A stretch of DNA of 64,000 bases, taken from contig CAUUWX010000002.1 in the NCBI GenBank assembly GCA_963549225.1, positions 115,319 through 179,318 of the forward strand. Direction: 5' to 3'. The DNA comes from an uncultured Candidatus Saccharibacteria bacterium (GTDB lineage: Bacteria > Patescibacteriota > Saccharimonadia > Saccharimonadales > Saccharimonadaceae). A program made the position numbers and the translations under genes. Positions within the stretch are counted from its first letter, which is position 1; each line of letters begins with the position of its first letter. Below, one piece after another: positions 1 to 11,913 of this stretch. The notes under the pieces were generated by a model. That model was not told the origin of the DNA and did no database searches. It saw only the letters and a list, made by a program, of their open reading frames with translations.

Positions 1-1
1 G

Positions 2-1123
2 ACAGTTAAATCGTCTGGCGCTGAATCGACAGAACAAAAACGTTTTTCAAAAACAGTCGATTCATGGCGCAGCGCCAGCTTGGGTACAATGCGCGGTTTC
101 TTAAAGGTTAGTACCGTTTATTCTAGTATAAACACAATTATCAGAATTGGTGCAATTGCTTTTGCAGTATACGCCGCCCAGCACAATCTAGTATCAGTAG
201 CATCAGTTTACTTAATCATAACGTATACGGGCAGTGTGGCGCGCGAATTGTGGAATATGAACAGCATTATGCGCAGCTACAATCGCGTTATTGGCGATGC
301 TCACGAGATGGTAGAAATCCTTAAAACACCAACGACGCTGGTTGATCGCAGCGACAAAAAACTAAAAATTAAACGCGGCGGCATTGTCATGGACAACGTA
401 ACCTTTACTCACGACGAAGGTCAAGGCGACACCTTGTTTCATGATTTCTCGCTCAATATTCAGCCAGGTGAAAAAATCGGCTTAGTCGGATCAAGCGGAT
501 CTGGCAAAACTACCCTCACCAAATTATTGTTACGGTTTGCCGATATTGACTCAGGAGAGATTGCCATTGATGCGCAAAACATCGCCGAAGTTACCCAGGC
601 AAGCCTGCGCGAACAAATCGCCTATGTGCCGCAAGAGCCGCTACTATTTCACCGCTCCGTCCGCGAGAATATCGCCTACAGCCGGCCTGGCGCGACTGAT
701 ACTGAAATTGAAAAAGCTGCTAAGAAGGCTGGTGCTTACGACTTCATCGCCAAACTGCAAGACGGTTTTGACACGCTAGTCGGTGAACGCGGCGTCAAAC
801 TTTCGGGCGGACAGCGGCAGCGTATCGCCATTGCCAGAGCGATTTTGAAAGATGCGCCAATTTTAGTCCTTGACGAGGCAACGTCGGCATTAGACTCAGA
901 ATCAGAAGCGCTAATACAAAAGTCGCTGGAAACGTTGATGAAAAACCGAACGTCAATTGTCATCGCCCACCGCTTATCGACCATCGCTAAGCTCGATCGT
1001 ATCATCGTCCTGGAAAACGGACGTATCGTCGAAGACGGTTCACACGATCAATTGCTTGCCAAAAAACACGGCGTTTACGCTAAGTTGTGGGCGCGGCAAT
1101 CAGGCGGATTCATCGAGGAGTAA
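2..1123 (+). CDS. ABC transporter fused permease/ATP-binding protein (5'-partial, runs off window start)
   Basis: Frame open from position 2. Walker A GSSGSGKTT, signature LSGGQ, Walker B ILVLDEATS, H-loop IAHRL. End of TM domain at N-terminus. Confidence 0.93.
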   Translation, partial: TVKSSGAESTEQKRFSKTVDSWRSASLGTMRGFLKVSTVYSSINTIIRIGAIAFAVYAAQHNLVSVASVYLIITYTGSVARELWNMNSIMRSYNRVIGDAHEMVEILKTPTTLVDRSDKKLKIKRGGIVMDNVTFTHDEGQGDTLFHDFSLNIQPGEKIGLVGSSGSGKTTLTKLLLRFADIDSGEIAIDAQNIAEVTQASLREQIAYVPQEPLLFHRSVRENIAYSRPGATDTEIEKAAKKAGAYDFIAKLQDGFDTLVGERGVKLSGGQRQRIAIARAILKDAPILVLDEATSALDSESEALIQKSLETLMKNRTSIVIAHRLSTIAKLDRIIVLENGRIVEDGSHDQLLAKKHGVYAKLWARQSGGFIEE

Positions 1124-1151
1124 TTTCTAGCATTTCCAACTATAGCAACAG

Positions 1152-1182
1152 AAAAACACCGCCAAATCATGACGGTGTTTTT
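1152..1182. terminator. Bidirectional rho-independent terminator
   Basis: AAAAACACCG...CGGTGTTTTT inverted repeat between the convergent ABC gene and rplY. Confidence 0.85.
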
Positions 1183-1200
1183 TGATAACCTAAGACCAGA

Positions 1201-1911
1201 CTATTCCGACGCTTCAGTCTTTTCAGTCTTTTCAGCTTCTCCCGTAACTTCTACCTGCTCGGCGTCAGCGGACTCAGCTTCGCCGGCCGCCGCATCGTTG
1301 GCAGCCGCTAGAGCGCTCGGCTCATAGACGTTTGCCACAACCAAGTCCTTGACCGTAATGTCGTCGTCAGCCGTGCCTTCGCGGCCGTCATCGTTCTCGA
1401 CCAGCTCAACACCATCCGGCAAAACAATGTCGCCCACAGTCACCCGGTCGCCCTCTTTAACAAGACCGTCTGTCGGCGCTTCCAATGCTTCTGGCAGATC
1501 CATCGGCAAGGCCTTGACCTTGATCTTCTCAAGCGCTTGTAGGACTATCAAGCCGGCACGCTCCGCTTCAGATTCTCCTGTACCGCTCAAACGAATCGGC
1601 ACTTCGGCAATCACCGGCTCATCAGCCCGAACTGCATGAAAGGCAACATGACGAATAGTACGCTTTACTGGATGAATATCAACACTCTTTATCATGGCAA
1701 TTTGCCGTTTTTTGCCAGCCAGCTGTACTGGAGTATGCTTGCCTGCTGCCGCAACAACTTTGGCGACTTCACCAGCAGCTGCTTGAATATTGTACGCTTT
1801 TACACTAGCGCCGTAGACTACTCCTGGCACCAGCCCTTCGCGCCGTAGCCTGGCTACTTTCTTACCATGAATCTGGCGAGGCTGAATGTTTAATGTAATT
1901 TTTTCTCCCAT
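1201..1911 (-). CDS. rplY: 50S ribosomal protein L25 / Ctc (long form)
   Basis: RLRREGLVPGVVYG, IHPVKRTIRHVAF, acidic tail. SD GAAAGGAG upstream of ATG. Confidence 0.93.
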   Translation of the reverse strand: MGEKITLNIQPRQIHGKKVARLRREGLVPGVVYGASVKAYNIQAAAGEVAKVVAAAGKHTPVQLAGKKRQIAMIKSVDIHPVKRTIRHVAFHAVRADEPVIAEVPIRLSGTGESEAERAGLIVLQALEKIKVKALPMDLPEALEAPTDGLVKEGDRVTVGDIVLPDGVELVENDDGREGTADDDITVKDLVVANVYEPSALAAANDAAAGEAESADAEQVEVTGEAEKTEKTEASE

Positions 1912-2010
1912 ACTTCTCCTTTCGGGTACCTGTTCGGAGGTAAATTTATATTACTATTTTATTATACCAAAATACATAAGCGGTTACTGTATGCTATAAT
2001 ACGTAATATT

Positions 2011-2667
2011 ATGGAGTCTTTCGTTCATCTAATTACTAGCTTCGGCATATTAGCAATTTTATTAGTAGTGTTCGCGGAGTCGGGTCTGCTTATAGGGTTC
2101 GTCCTTCCCGGGGACAGCTTGTTATTCACTTCTGGCTACATGGTTCAGCAGAACATTCTACATATTGACATTCATATTTTCGCAATCTTAGTTTTTATAG
2201 CAGCAGTACTCGGAGATAGTGTCGGTTACAGTTTTGGACATAAAGTTGGTCGTAAACTGTTTGAAAAAGAAAATTCTCGATTTTTTAAGAAAAAATATTT
2301 GGAACAAACCGAAAAATTTTATGACAAACACGGCTCAGTAACAATTGTCCTAGCTAGATTCGCGCCAATCGTCCGCACCTTTGCGCCAATCGTTGCTGGT
2401 GCTGGAAAAATGCACTATAAAACCTTTTTAATTTTTAATTTAATCGGCGGACTCTTGTGGTCGTCACTGTTTATTTATCTAGGATTTTACGCTGGAGAAA
2501 TTCTGACCAAAGCTGGTATCAACATTGAAGTTGCCGCACTTATTATTATATTCCTGTCCGTTTCACCGATGATTATCCATGCTCTCAAAAAACCTTCATC
2601 CCGCGCAACACTAAAAAAGCAAGTCTTGGTTTTATTATCAAAAACTACCCGCCGCCGGAAGAAATAA
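2011..2667 (+). CDS. DedA/VTT-family membrane protein
   Basis: FAESGLLIGFVLPGDSLLF and LARFAPIVRTFAPIVAG motifs. Confidence 0.92.
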   Translation: MESFVHLITSFGILAILLVVFAESGLLIGFVLPGDSLLFTSGYMVQQNILHIDIHIFAILVFIAAVLGDSVGYSFGHKVGRKLFEKENSRFFKKKYLEQTEKFYDKHGSVTIVLARFAPIVRTFAPIVAGAGKMHYKTFLIFNLIGGLLWSSLFIYLGFYAGEILTKAGINIEVAALIIIFLSVSPMIIHALKKPSSRATLKKQVLVLLSKTTRRRKK

Positions 2668-2767
2668 AGTCCAAACATCGTTGCACTAATTTACTTGGTT
2701 TCAATTAGACATCGTATACTGCACCTTTTCCTGTCAAACTAATTTTAGAAATCGCTCAATCGTCTTT

Positions 2768-5602
2768 TTATAGTAAATTCTTCAAATACTTGCCGGTAAA
2801 CGAGGCTGATACTTTGGCGACTTCTTCTGGCGTACCGCTCGCCACCACCGTACCGCCGCCGAGACCACCCTCAGGCCCCATATCGATAATCCAGTCGGCT
2901 GATTTGATGACATCCAAATTGTGCTCGATGATGATCATACTGTTACCACCATCAACCAGTTGTTGCAAAATCCCCAGCAGCCGCTTAACGTCGGCAGAAT
3001 GTAGCCCAGTTGTCGGCTCGTCTAAAATATACATCGTCTTGCCCGTCGAGCGCTTGGAAAGTTCCGTCGCTAGTTTAATCCGCTGCGCCTCGCCGCCCGA
3101 GAAGGTAGTTGCCGGCTGGCCGAGCTTGATATAGCCAAGGCCAACCTCCACCAGCGTTTGTAGTTTCCGAGCGATATTTGGCACGCTATCAAAGAAGTCT
3201 GCCGCCTGCTCGACTGTCATGTTCAGCACGTCAGCAATCGTCTTATTTTTATACTTAATTTCTAACGCCTCACGGTTGTAGCGCTGGCCATGACACTCAT
3301 CGCACTGGACGTAGACATCTGGCAAGAAATGCATTTCGATCTTGATCATACCGTCGCCTTGGCAATTTTCGCAGCGGCCGCCCTTGACGTTAAAGCTAAA
3401 CCGGCCCGCTTTATAGCCGCGGACATTAGCCTCAGAAGTACTAGCAAACAGCTCGCGAATTGGCGTAAAAATACCAGTGTAGGTCGCTGGATTGGAGCGT
3501 GGCGTACGGCCAATTGGCGACTGATCGATGACGATGGCTTTATCCAACTGCTTTATTCCCTCAATTTTATCGTGTGCGCCAGGTACGTCACTGGCCCGGT
3601 TGAGCCGTGCCGCTAATTCCTTGGCGATAATATCATTAACTAGAGTTGATTTACCGCTACCTGAGACACCCGACACCACCGTCATTAGACCCAAGGGGAA
3701 CGCCACGTCGATACGCTTCAAGTTGTTCTCACGAGCACCGCGGACGATCAGTTGACGGCTCGCATCAACCTGGCGGCGGTGTTTTGGTACGGCAATCTTT
3801 TCTATACCCGACAGATACCAACCAGTCACGCTATCTGCGCATTTGGCTACCTCTTCAGGAGAACCCAGCGCCACCACCGCGCCGCCATGCACACCAGCGC
3901 CTGGTCCCATGTCAATCAAAAAGTCGCTCTGCCGAATAGTATCCTCGTCGTGTTCGACTACCAGCACCGTATTGCCGAGATTACGTAGGTGCTTCAGCGT
4001 AGCAATCAGCCGATCATTATCGCGCTGATGCAAGCCAATCGACGGCTCATCCAGCACATACAGCACACCCTGCAAACCGCTACCAATCTGCGTTGCCAGC
4101 CGAATTCGCTGCGCCTCGCCGCCGCTCAACGTATTGGCGGCGCGGCCTAACTCCAAATAATTCAGCCCGACATTACTCATAAAGCCGAGGCGGGCGGTAA
4201 TCTCTTTCAAAATCAGCCGCGCAATCATCGCTTGCTGCTCGTTCAATGTTAACTTGTGAGTGAACAAATCAAGCGCGTCATCAACGCCAAGATCGCAAAT
4301 ATCCATAATATTCAACCCCTGCACCGTTACCGCCAAGACAACCGGTTTTAGCCGCGCGCCGCCGCAAACATAACAATCCCGCTGGCGCATAAACCGCTCA
4401 ATGTCCTTGCGCATAAATTCGCTATCGGTTTCTTTCCAGCGCCTCTCCAAATTGGGAATCACTCCTTCATAGGTTGTATCGTAATGCCGCCCATTGCCAA
4501 GCTGTACTGGATATTTCTGATCGCCCGTACCGTAGAGTACCTTCTGGCGCACCTCATCAGACAACTGCCCGACTGGTGTCCGGATACTGAAACCATGCGC
4601 CTCGGCTACCGCCGAAATCTTGCGCATGTAAAAGTTATCAACATTGATCCGGTTGTATGGCCGAATCGCACCCTCAGCAATCGTCAGATTATCATTCAGT
4701 ACTAAACTAGGATCAACCTCCAAGCGGCTGCCAAGTCCAGTGCAGCTCGGACAGGCCCCTTGCGGTGCATTAAAACTAAATAGACGCGGCTCAAGCTCTG
4801 GAATCTCCTCATCCGGATGATCAACACAGGCATATCGCTGCGAGAACGTTTTCAGTTCATCCGTATCAGCATCCAGCACCTCAACCACACCCTGGCCAAG
4901 CTCCAGCGCCTGCTCAACACTCTGGCTCAACCGGCTAGTTAGATCATTGTTCATCGCCAGGCGATCAACCACTAACTCAATGCTATGCTTATAGCTTTTC
5001 TGTAACTGCGGAAACTCGTCCAGCGCATACACCACGCCATCCACGCGCACCCGGGCGTAACCTAACCGTCGATATTGCTCTGGAATGTGCGCAAACTCGC
5101 CCTTCTTATTCTTGACAATTGGTGCGAGTAGCAGCAATCGCTTGCCATCATATTGCTTAGCAATCTCCTGGATAATCGCCTCGGCTGTGCGGCGCGACAC
5201 TGGCTTATGGCAGCGCGTGCCGTCTGGTTTGAGAGCCGGACAATGCGGCGTGCCAATTCGCGCAAACAAGAGGCGCAGATAATCATAAATCTCAGTCACT
5301 GTCGCCACGGTTGAACGCGGATTACGACTGGTTGACTTTTGGTCAATTGAAATTGCCGGGCTCAGGCCCTCGATACTATCAACATCCGGCTTATCCATAA
5401 TGCCTAAAAATTGCCGCGCATAGCTCGACAGGCTTTCGACATAGCGGCGCTGGCCCTCGGCGTAAATCGTGTCAAACGCCAGCGACGACTTACCGCTGCC
5501 GCTCAGGCCAGTGATCACCACTAATTTATCGCGTGGGATCTCCACGTCAATATTTTTCAGATTATGCTCACGGGCGCCCTTGACGCGAATAAACTCTACC
5601 AT
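2768..5602 (-). CDS. uvrA: Excinuclease ABC subunit A
   Basis: [14 protein letters not shown] start, two Walker A ([18 protein letters not shown]), zinc fingers, LSGGEAQR. Start moved to ATG 5602, which follows a TATAAT. Confidence 0.97.
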   Translation of the reverse strand: MVEFIRVKGAREHNLKNIDVEIPRDKLVVITGLSGSGKSSLAFDTIYAEGQRRYVESLSSYARQFLGIMDKPDVDSIEGLSPAISIDQKSTSRNPRSTVATVTEIYDYLRLLFARIGTPHCPALKPDGTRCHKPVSRRTAEAIIQEIAKQYDGKRLLLLAPIVKNKKGEFAHIPEQYRRLGYARVRVDGVVYALDEFPQLQKSYKHSIELVVDRLAMNNDLTSRLSQSVEQALELGQGVVEVLDADTDELKTFSQRYACVDHPDEEIPELEPRLFSFNAPQGACPSCTGLGSRLEVDPSLVLNDNLTIAEGAIRPYNRINVDNFYMRKISAVAEAHGFSIRTPVGQLSDEVRQKVLYGTGDQKYPVQLGNGRHYDTTYEGVIPNLERRWKETDSEFMRKDIERFMRQRDCYVCGGARLKPVVLAVTVQGLNIMDICDLGVDDALDLFTHKLTLNEQQAMIARLILKEITARLGFMSNVGLNYLELGRAANTLSGGEAQRIRLATQIGSGLQGVLYVLDEPSIGLHQRDNDRLIATLKHLRNLGNTVLVVEHDEDTIRQSDFLIDMGPGAGVHGGAVVALGSPEEVAKCADSVTGWYLSGIEKIAVPKHRRQVDASRQLIVRGARENNLKRIDVAFPLGLMTVVSGVSGSGKSTLVNDIIAKELAARLNRASDVPGAHDKIEGIKQLDKAIVIDQSPIGRTPRSNPATYTGIFTPIRELFASTSEANVRGYKAGRFSFNVKGGRCENCQGDGMIKIEMHFLPDVYVQCDECHGQRYNREALEIKYKNKTIADVLNMTVEQAADFFDSVPNIARKLQTLVEVGLGYIKLGQPATTFSGGEAQRIKLATELSKRSTGKTMYILDEPTTGLHSADVKRLLGILQQLVDGGNSMIIIEHNLDVIKSADWIIDMGPEGGLGGGTVVASGTPEEVAKVSASFTGKYLKNLL

Positions 5603-5935
5603 AACCGCTACATTATACCTGTTTTTCACAACTTTTTCCAGTCAGCGAACTGTGTGTCCACTCGTTCATCTTTAAAATCCTCACGAGCAGATTCTGGAAA
5701 TCGTTGTTCATATATTTTATCCATACGTAGCCGTTGTATAAGTATGCCAGTCAGTTATGCCGCGGAGACATTTAGGATATTCTTCTGGCCAACCAAGGTA
5801 AGCACTTAGGCGTACAAACAGCACACCATAACTTGTCAAATATTTAAGTCTACTTGGCGATTACATTAATCTAGGCTGCAGCGCATTCTGCTTATCGTTG
5901 CGCATACTATAGTACATTTGCTATAGTGTAGTCAA

Positions 5936-6202
5936 ATGAGTGTGATAGTGGAATTTTTCAAAAGTCTTAGTTTCAAGTTGCGTATTTTACTGATATGTAT
6001 TATTAGCGCACTAATTATCGCTCTGCTACACTTTGGGCTTTATGATGTAATTGTAAATTTTATAATAGCTGGTGCTATACCTGGTACACATATGTCAATT
6101 CCATACTGGCTAATGTTGCTATTTTATGGCGCGATAGCGCTGAATATACTTATCGCTATTGAAAACTCAGCACAACGTCCGCTACCGCCAAAAAACGATT
6201 GA
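5936..6202 (+). CDS. Small membrane protein, hypothetical
   Basis: 88 aa with two hydrophobic segments flanking AGAIPGT. TATAGT -10-like box just upstream. Confidence 0.7.
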   Translation: MSVIVEFFKSLSFKLRILLICIISALIIALLHFGLYDVIVNFIIAGAIPGTHMSIPYWLMLLFYGAIALNILIAIENSAQRPLPPKND

Positions 6203-6213
6203 CTCAACTAAAG

Positions 6214-7629
6214 TCAGTCGCTACCCGGCAATACCGCCTCCGCCCACAACTGCAATTCTTGCAATATAAACTGCTGCTCGTCAGTCGCTGTCGGCGCTAA
6301 ACGATGCAAAGCTGTCATAAACCCTGGCAATTGTGCCTGCAAGCGCTGAGCCCGCCACGCTTCCCACTGCGCCAGATCATCTTCACTGAGTGAGCGCGGA
6401 AAATTACGTGCTTTGTAGTGTAGCAATAGCGGCGCTAACCGTTCGTCCTGAAACTCTGGATGAAAATCAGCCAGCTCGCGCTCATCAGCATTACGCACCG
6501 CCTCGACACGGATACGATCACGGTCGTTCAAAAAGCCTTCATACAATTGCGCTTCCGGATCGGGCAGTTTCTTGAAGGCTGGCTTGTTTTCAAAAATAGT
6601 CCGTAATTTTTCGGCAAAGTCCGGGTGATTCAGTAAAATATTTTGATACTGCTGGACAATCTCTGCGCTAAGCGAAATTTTCCGCCAGCCATTGCCCTGT
6701 TCCAACACGCCCAGCGGCGCCACCGCCGGACAGCGATTGTATTGCAGCTCTTTGACGGGCAATTTGACGAAATCCTCAGCTTGCCGCTCCTCCCACGAAG
6801 CAAAGATTTTTGCCGACAATTCCTCCGCGCTCAGCCCAACAAACGGCGTCGGATCATAGCGCAGATCATAGACAACCACGCCGCCGCTTCGACTGGTCGT
6901 CAGCGGAAATGCCACCGTAGTTTTGGCAAATTCTTTATCGTAACGCCCACTGGCATAGACAAACGGTTTTTTGTCGTCCACATTGACCAGTTGCTGAACT
7001 ACTTTTTTATCGCGCATTTTCAGTAAATAATCATACAGTTGCGGCTGCTTTTGCTTGATCAATTTCGTCACGGCAATCAACGCTATCACGTCCGCCAAGG
7101 CATCATGAGCATTTTCATGCGCAATACCATTAGCGCTGGTGATCAACTCCAAACGATTACTCGGCTCACCCTTAGCATCAAGCGGCCAATTGATTCCTTC
7201 CGGCCTGAGCGCCCGCGTCAATCGCACCACATCCAGCAAATCCCAACGCGAGCGACCGTCTTTCCAGCTCCATTCGTAAGGATCATGGAAATTGCGCCAC
7301 AACAAATGGCGGATAAATTCGTCGTCAAATCGAATATTATTAAAACCAACTGCAATAGTGTCGGGCGTGAAAATTTCCTCACTCAACATCCGTGCAAACT
7401 GTGCCTCAGTGTAGCCTTCCTCGACCGTTTTTTGCGGCGCGATGCCAGTCACCATCAGCGCGTCAGGACTCGGCAAGGTATCATCATTTAATGTCACCAG
7501 CAGATTATACGGTTCACCAATCGGCTCAAGGTTCATATCCGTTCGCTGCCCCGCAAACTGCATGATTCGGTCTTGCCGCGGATTTAATCCGCTGGTTTCC
7601 AGGTCATAAAAGAAAAATGTTTGCGCCAT
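6214..7629 (-). CDS. sbcB: Exodeoxyribonuclease I
   Basis: DEDDh motifs FYDLETSG, GFNNIRFDDE, HDALADV. NRCP motif and HYKARNFP C-terminal region. Confidence 0.93.
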   Translation of the reverse strand: MAQTFFFYDLETSGLNPRQDRIMQFAGQRTDMNLEPIGEPYNLLVTLNDDTLPSPDALMVTGIAPQKTVEEGYTEAQFARMLSEEIFTPDTIAVGFNNIRFDDEFIRHLLWRNFHDPYEWSWKDGRSRWDLLDVVRLTRALRPEGINWPLDAKGEPSNRLELITSANGIAHENAHDALADVIALIAVTKLIKQKQPQLYDYLLKMRDKKVVQQLVNVDDKKPFVYASGRYDKEFAKTTVAFPLTTSRSGGVVVYDLRYDPTPFVGLSAEELSAKIFASWEERQAEDFVKLPVKELQYNRCPAVAPLGVLEQGNGWRKISLSAEIVQQYQNILLNHPDFAEKLRTIFENKPAFKKLPDPEAQLYEGFLNDRDRIRVEAVRNADERELADFHPEFQDERLAPLLLHYKARNFPRSLSEDDLAQWEAWRAQRLQAQLPGFMTALHRLAPTATDEQQFILQELQLWAEAVLPGSD

Positions 7630-7667
7630 AACTATAGTATAGCAAAGCTACGAGATGACACCCAAAT

Positions 7668-8999
<1,332 letters not shown>

Positions 9000-9001
9000 T
9001 C

Positions 9002-9033
9002 AAAAAGCGCCCCCGAGAGATAGCGGAGGCGCT
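9002..9033 (-). terminator. Rho-independent terminator after LysM-CHAP gene
   Basis: AGCGCC...GGCGCT stem followed by a T-run on the minus strand. Confidence 0.7.
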
Positions 9034-9049
9034 AATATACTTAGTCTAC

Positions 9050-10240
9050 TTAGTGGATATAAGTGTAACCGCCTGGGTTATCAAGAACACGATGAGTAAC
9101 GATACCGTATCCAGCAAAATTCATATCGCTGACGTAAACTACACCGTTTTCAACTCGTTCGACAATACCAACGTGACCGTAATAACCAGTTCGCGTCTGG
9201 AAAATTGCGCCTGGCGCTGGAGTATTATTGACCAGAAGACCAGCCGCCCTGGCGCTAGCTGCCCACGTATTAGCATTACCCCAGAAACTACCGATTGGAC
9301 GCCCTAACTGCAAACGGCGCTCATACGCATACCAGGTACAGTTACCAGCAGCATATCGGTTACCAACAGAGGCAATAGCTGAGCTTCTAGTTGCTGTACC
9401 GCCAGAGGTGCTACCGTAAGAGGAGGCGTATCGATTACCATAACGCGGGCGCGGAGCTACATAACCTGGACGTTCAGTTTCCGGTAATTCGCCGCCAGGC
9501 AGAACTACGCGAGTACCAACATTAAGCCCTGTGTTTTCCTCAATATCGTTATATAGTACGATTCGCTCAGCGCTAGTCTTATATTTTTCCGCTAGCGACT
9601 GAGCGGTGTCGCCGCTCTTAACTGTATAAACCACACCGTCAACCAGCGGCACAGTCAAAGTCTTGCCTGGCTCAATTGCATCAGAATCCGTATTATTAGC
9701 CCAGCGCAGTGTTTGCGCCGAGATTTTAAACTTCTTAGCAACAGTGTTCATAGTGTCGCCATTCTTCGTTACATAAGTCGTAATTCCGCGACCAGCTGAA
9801 GTATCAGGTTTGACAATTTCCGGTTTCGTGATCACCTCGGCATCATTTTGCGATAAATCTTTCTTAATTCCCAGAGATGTAGTAGTTTCACGTAGATCAC
9901 CAGCTGATGGCAGCTCAGTCGTTTCAGCAAGATTTGTTACTACAGTAGCTGCCGCCAGCTGATCAACAGACACTGCACTTGCTGCGGTATTTTCATTATG
10001 CGATTTTGACGATTTCGTATTAGACGAGGTAACTGTTCTATTTTCTGCCGCTGCCGACTCGCCGTTATTATATCCATATATTAGGAACGAAATAACTAAA
10101 ATAAATATTCCGCCATAAACTGCAAAGGAACGCAGCTTACTTCTTTTACTCCGAAGAGTAGATACTTGATTACGAATCTCCGTACTCCTTGCATCAGCGT
10201 TGCCGCCAGTGCTGCTACCAAACTGTCTTTCTTCTCGCAA
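9050..10240 (-). CDS. Membrane-anchored LysM x2 + CHAP peptidoglycan hydrolase
   Basis: N-terminal TM, two LysM repeats (YVTKNGDT..., YTVKSGDT...), CHAP motifs GNCTWYA, WGNANTW, YGHVGIVE. TTG start is uncertain. Confidence 0.9.
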   Translation of the reverse strand: MREERQFGSSTGGNADARSTEIRNQVSTLRSKRSKLRSFAVYGGIFILVISFLIYGYNNGESAAAENRTVTSSNTKSSKSHNENTAASAVSVDQLAAATVVTNLAETTELPSAGDLRETTTSLGIKKDLSQNDAEVITKPEIVKPDTSAGRGITTYVTKNGDTMNTVAKKFKISAQTLRWANNTDSDAIEPGKTLTVPLVDGVVYTVKSGDTAQSLAEKYKTSAERIVLYNDIEENTGLNVGTRVVLPGGELPETERPGYVAPRPRYGNRYASSYGSTSGGTATRSSAIASVGNRYAAGNCTWYAYERRLQLGRPIGSFWGNANTWAASARAAGLLVNNTPAPGAIFQTRTGYYGHVGIVERVENGVVYVSDMNFAGYGIVTHRVLDNPGGYTYIH

Positions 10241-10307
10241 TAGAACAGGATACCTTGTCGACCTAATAATTAGTTTATATTCTAAAATGATTTGGTTTAT
10301 CGTATCC

Positions 10308-10374
10308 GTAGCGACAATCTTGGCAGGCCGTTCGTCGTGCCAGTCCCCAACAACTCAACTCGCGAACGAGCTAC
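10308..10374 (-). ncRNA. Candidate structured 5' leader RNA of the LysM-CHAP gene
   Basis: Closing stem GUAGC/GCUAC, UUCG-loop hairpin CUCG-UUCG-CGAG and UGGCA/UGCCA stem, beginning at the predicted TSS. Confidence 0.45.
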
Positions 10375-10379
10375 TGTTT

Positions 10380-10409
10380 ATTTTACACGACATTGACATT
10401 ATTGTCAAT
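10380..10409 (-). promoter_or_regulatory. Sigma70-type promoter (TTGACA-17-TAAAAT) overlapped by inverted repeat ATTGACA-N4-TGTCAAT
   Basis: Minus strand: -35 at 10408-10403, 17-nt spacer, -10 at 10385-10380. Perfect 7-bp palindrome arms at 10392-10398 and 10403-10409. Confidence 0.75.
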
Positions 10410-10432
10410 AGATTTTATGAAATGCTAATTTG

Positions 10433-11512
10433 TCAAGAAATCTGGCATTTTTTCTGGCAATGCTGCTTGATATTCTTCTCATGCTCATCATTCGTTACCG
10501 CAAAATACGTAACGTCATCATCACCGCTCAAAAAGTACTTGTATGGAGTATTTTCCGGATCAGCTGCTGCGTTTAGCGCGCTCAAAGACGGCACAGCAAT
10601 TGGCCCTGGAGGTAAACCCTTGTGTTTGCGAGTATTGTACGGAGAATTTAAATCCGGCGTCCGTACTGCACCAGTTTTATCAGCAGCATATTGATATGTT
10701 ACATCAGACCCTAACGGCATATCCGCTTTCAAACGATTATAGAATACGCTCGCAATTTTTCGCTGATCAGCGCATGTTTCCGCCCCAGCACCACAGCCAA
10801 TTGACTCCTTCTGAATAATTGATGCCAATGTAATTCCCTGATGCAGCGTCAAACCGCGAGCCTTAAACTTCTCTACTAGATTATATTTTTTCACGACAGC
10901 CTCAAAATGATTGAGCGAACGCTGAATCACCTGTTCAATCGACTCATTAGGCGAAATATAAAACGTTTCACCATAGACGTAGCCTTCTAGGTCAGCGCCA
11001 TTCGGGCGGCTAGCTAAAATTGGGTTCGTATACTTGGCGCTAAACGCCTCTTTTATTTTTTTATCCAAAAATTCCGCTTTTTTTAACACCGATTCTACTT
11101 CTCTACCGTCTGAATTTTTGATTTTCGTATGCAGCGTTGCACCTGGATAAAACGTTATCGAAATCTCATCTGATTTACCGCTAGTTAAACGAGCTACAAT
11201 TTCCGGCACTGTTTGCGACGGCTTTACTGAGTATACGCCAGATTGAAACTTGCTGCTAGCATTATGTAGACGCACATACGCCGAAAAAGCCAGCGAGCTG
11301 CGAATAAGTTTTTTCTGCTCCAAGCTATCAGCTATATCGCCAGAATTCATACCTTCCTTAATATCAATCCTCACAGCTGCTTTATTACTAATATCAGCTG
11401 GCATAAGCATCTGTCGATACCACATCACCGCACTCAGCGACGCCACGCCGACCACTGCAACTAGCACCGACAAAGCTATTAGCCATTTCCTGCGGCTTCT
11501 TCGAATTTTCAT
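10433..11512 (-). CDS. mltG: Endolytic transglycosylase MltG (YceG family)
   Basis: N-terminal TM, LEGYVYGETF, ASIIQKE catalytic Glu, SPYNT...GLPPGPI. Confidence 0.93.
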   Translation of the reverse strand: MKIRRSRRKWLIALSVLVAVVGVASLSAVMWYRQMLMPADISNKAAVRIDIKEGMNSGDIADSLEQKKLIRSSLAFSAYVRLHNASSKFQSGVYSVKPSQTVPEIVARLTSGKSDEISITFYPGATLHTKIKNSDGREVESVLKKAEFLDKKIKEAFSAKYTNPILASRPNGADLEGYVYGETFYISPNESIEQVIQRSLNHFEAVVKKYNLVEKFKARGLTLHQGITLASIIQKESIGCGAGAETCADQRKIASVFYNRLKADMPLGSDVTYQYAADKTGAVRTPDLNSPYNTRKHKGLPPGPIAVPSLSALNAAADPENTPYKYFLSGDDDVTYFAVTNDEHEKNIKQHCQKKCQIS

Positions 11513-11913
11513 ATATGCTCCTCCAAATAATCTTGCAAAATTATACTAGCCGCCTCGGCGTCAATTTCGCCTTTATCTTTAATTTTATTACCCAGTCTTT
11601 GTTCCGCCTGGACGCTTGTCAGCGACTCGTCCTGGAAGACTACCTTCGTATCCAAATCAATCTCTGCCAATTGATCGACAAAATTCTCTACATATTTCGT
11701 CTGCTGCGTTGGTTCGCCAGATTGATTGCGCGGATAGCCTACGACGATGATATTAATATCGTTTCGTAAAACCAATTCGACAATTTTTTGGATTGTTGAC
11801 TCGTCATTCTCTAGCCACCCAAAAGGCACCGCAATTTTAACCCGAGAATCAGCCATCGCTACGCCGATCCGCCGCGTACCGACATCCAGAGCCAAAAAAT
11901 TCCTATTTGGCAT
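11509..11913 (-). CDS. yqgF: YqgF/RuvX family nuclease
   Basis: LALDVGTRRIGVA, VVGYP, QDESLTS, IDAEAASIILQDYL. Confidence 0.93.
   Translation of the reverse strand: MPNRNFLALDVGTRRIGVAMADSRVKIAVPFGWLENDESTIQKIVELVLRNDINIIVVGYPRNQSGEPTQQTKYVENFVDQLAEIDLDTKVVFQDESLTSVQAEQRLGNKIKDKGEIDAEAASIILQDYLEEHI

Noticed and set aside
10308..10374. Assignment of the leader as a c-di-AMP (ydaO) or other known riboswitch
   Set aside because: The conserved ydaO sequence blocks are not recognisable, so it is left as an unclassified candidate.
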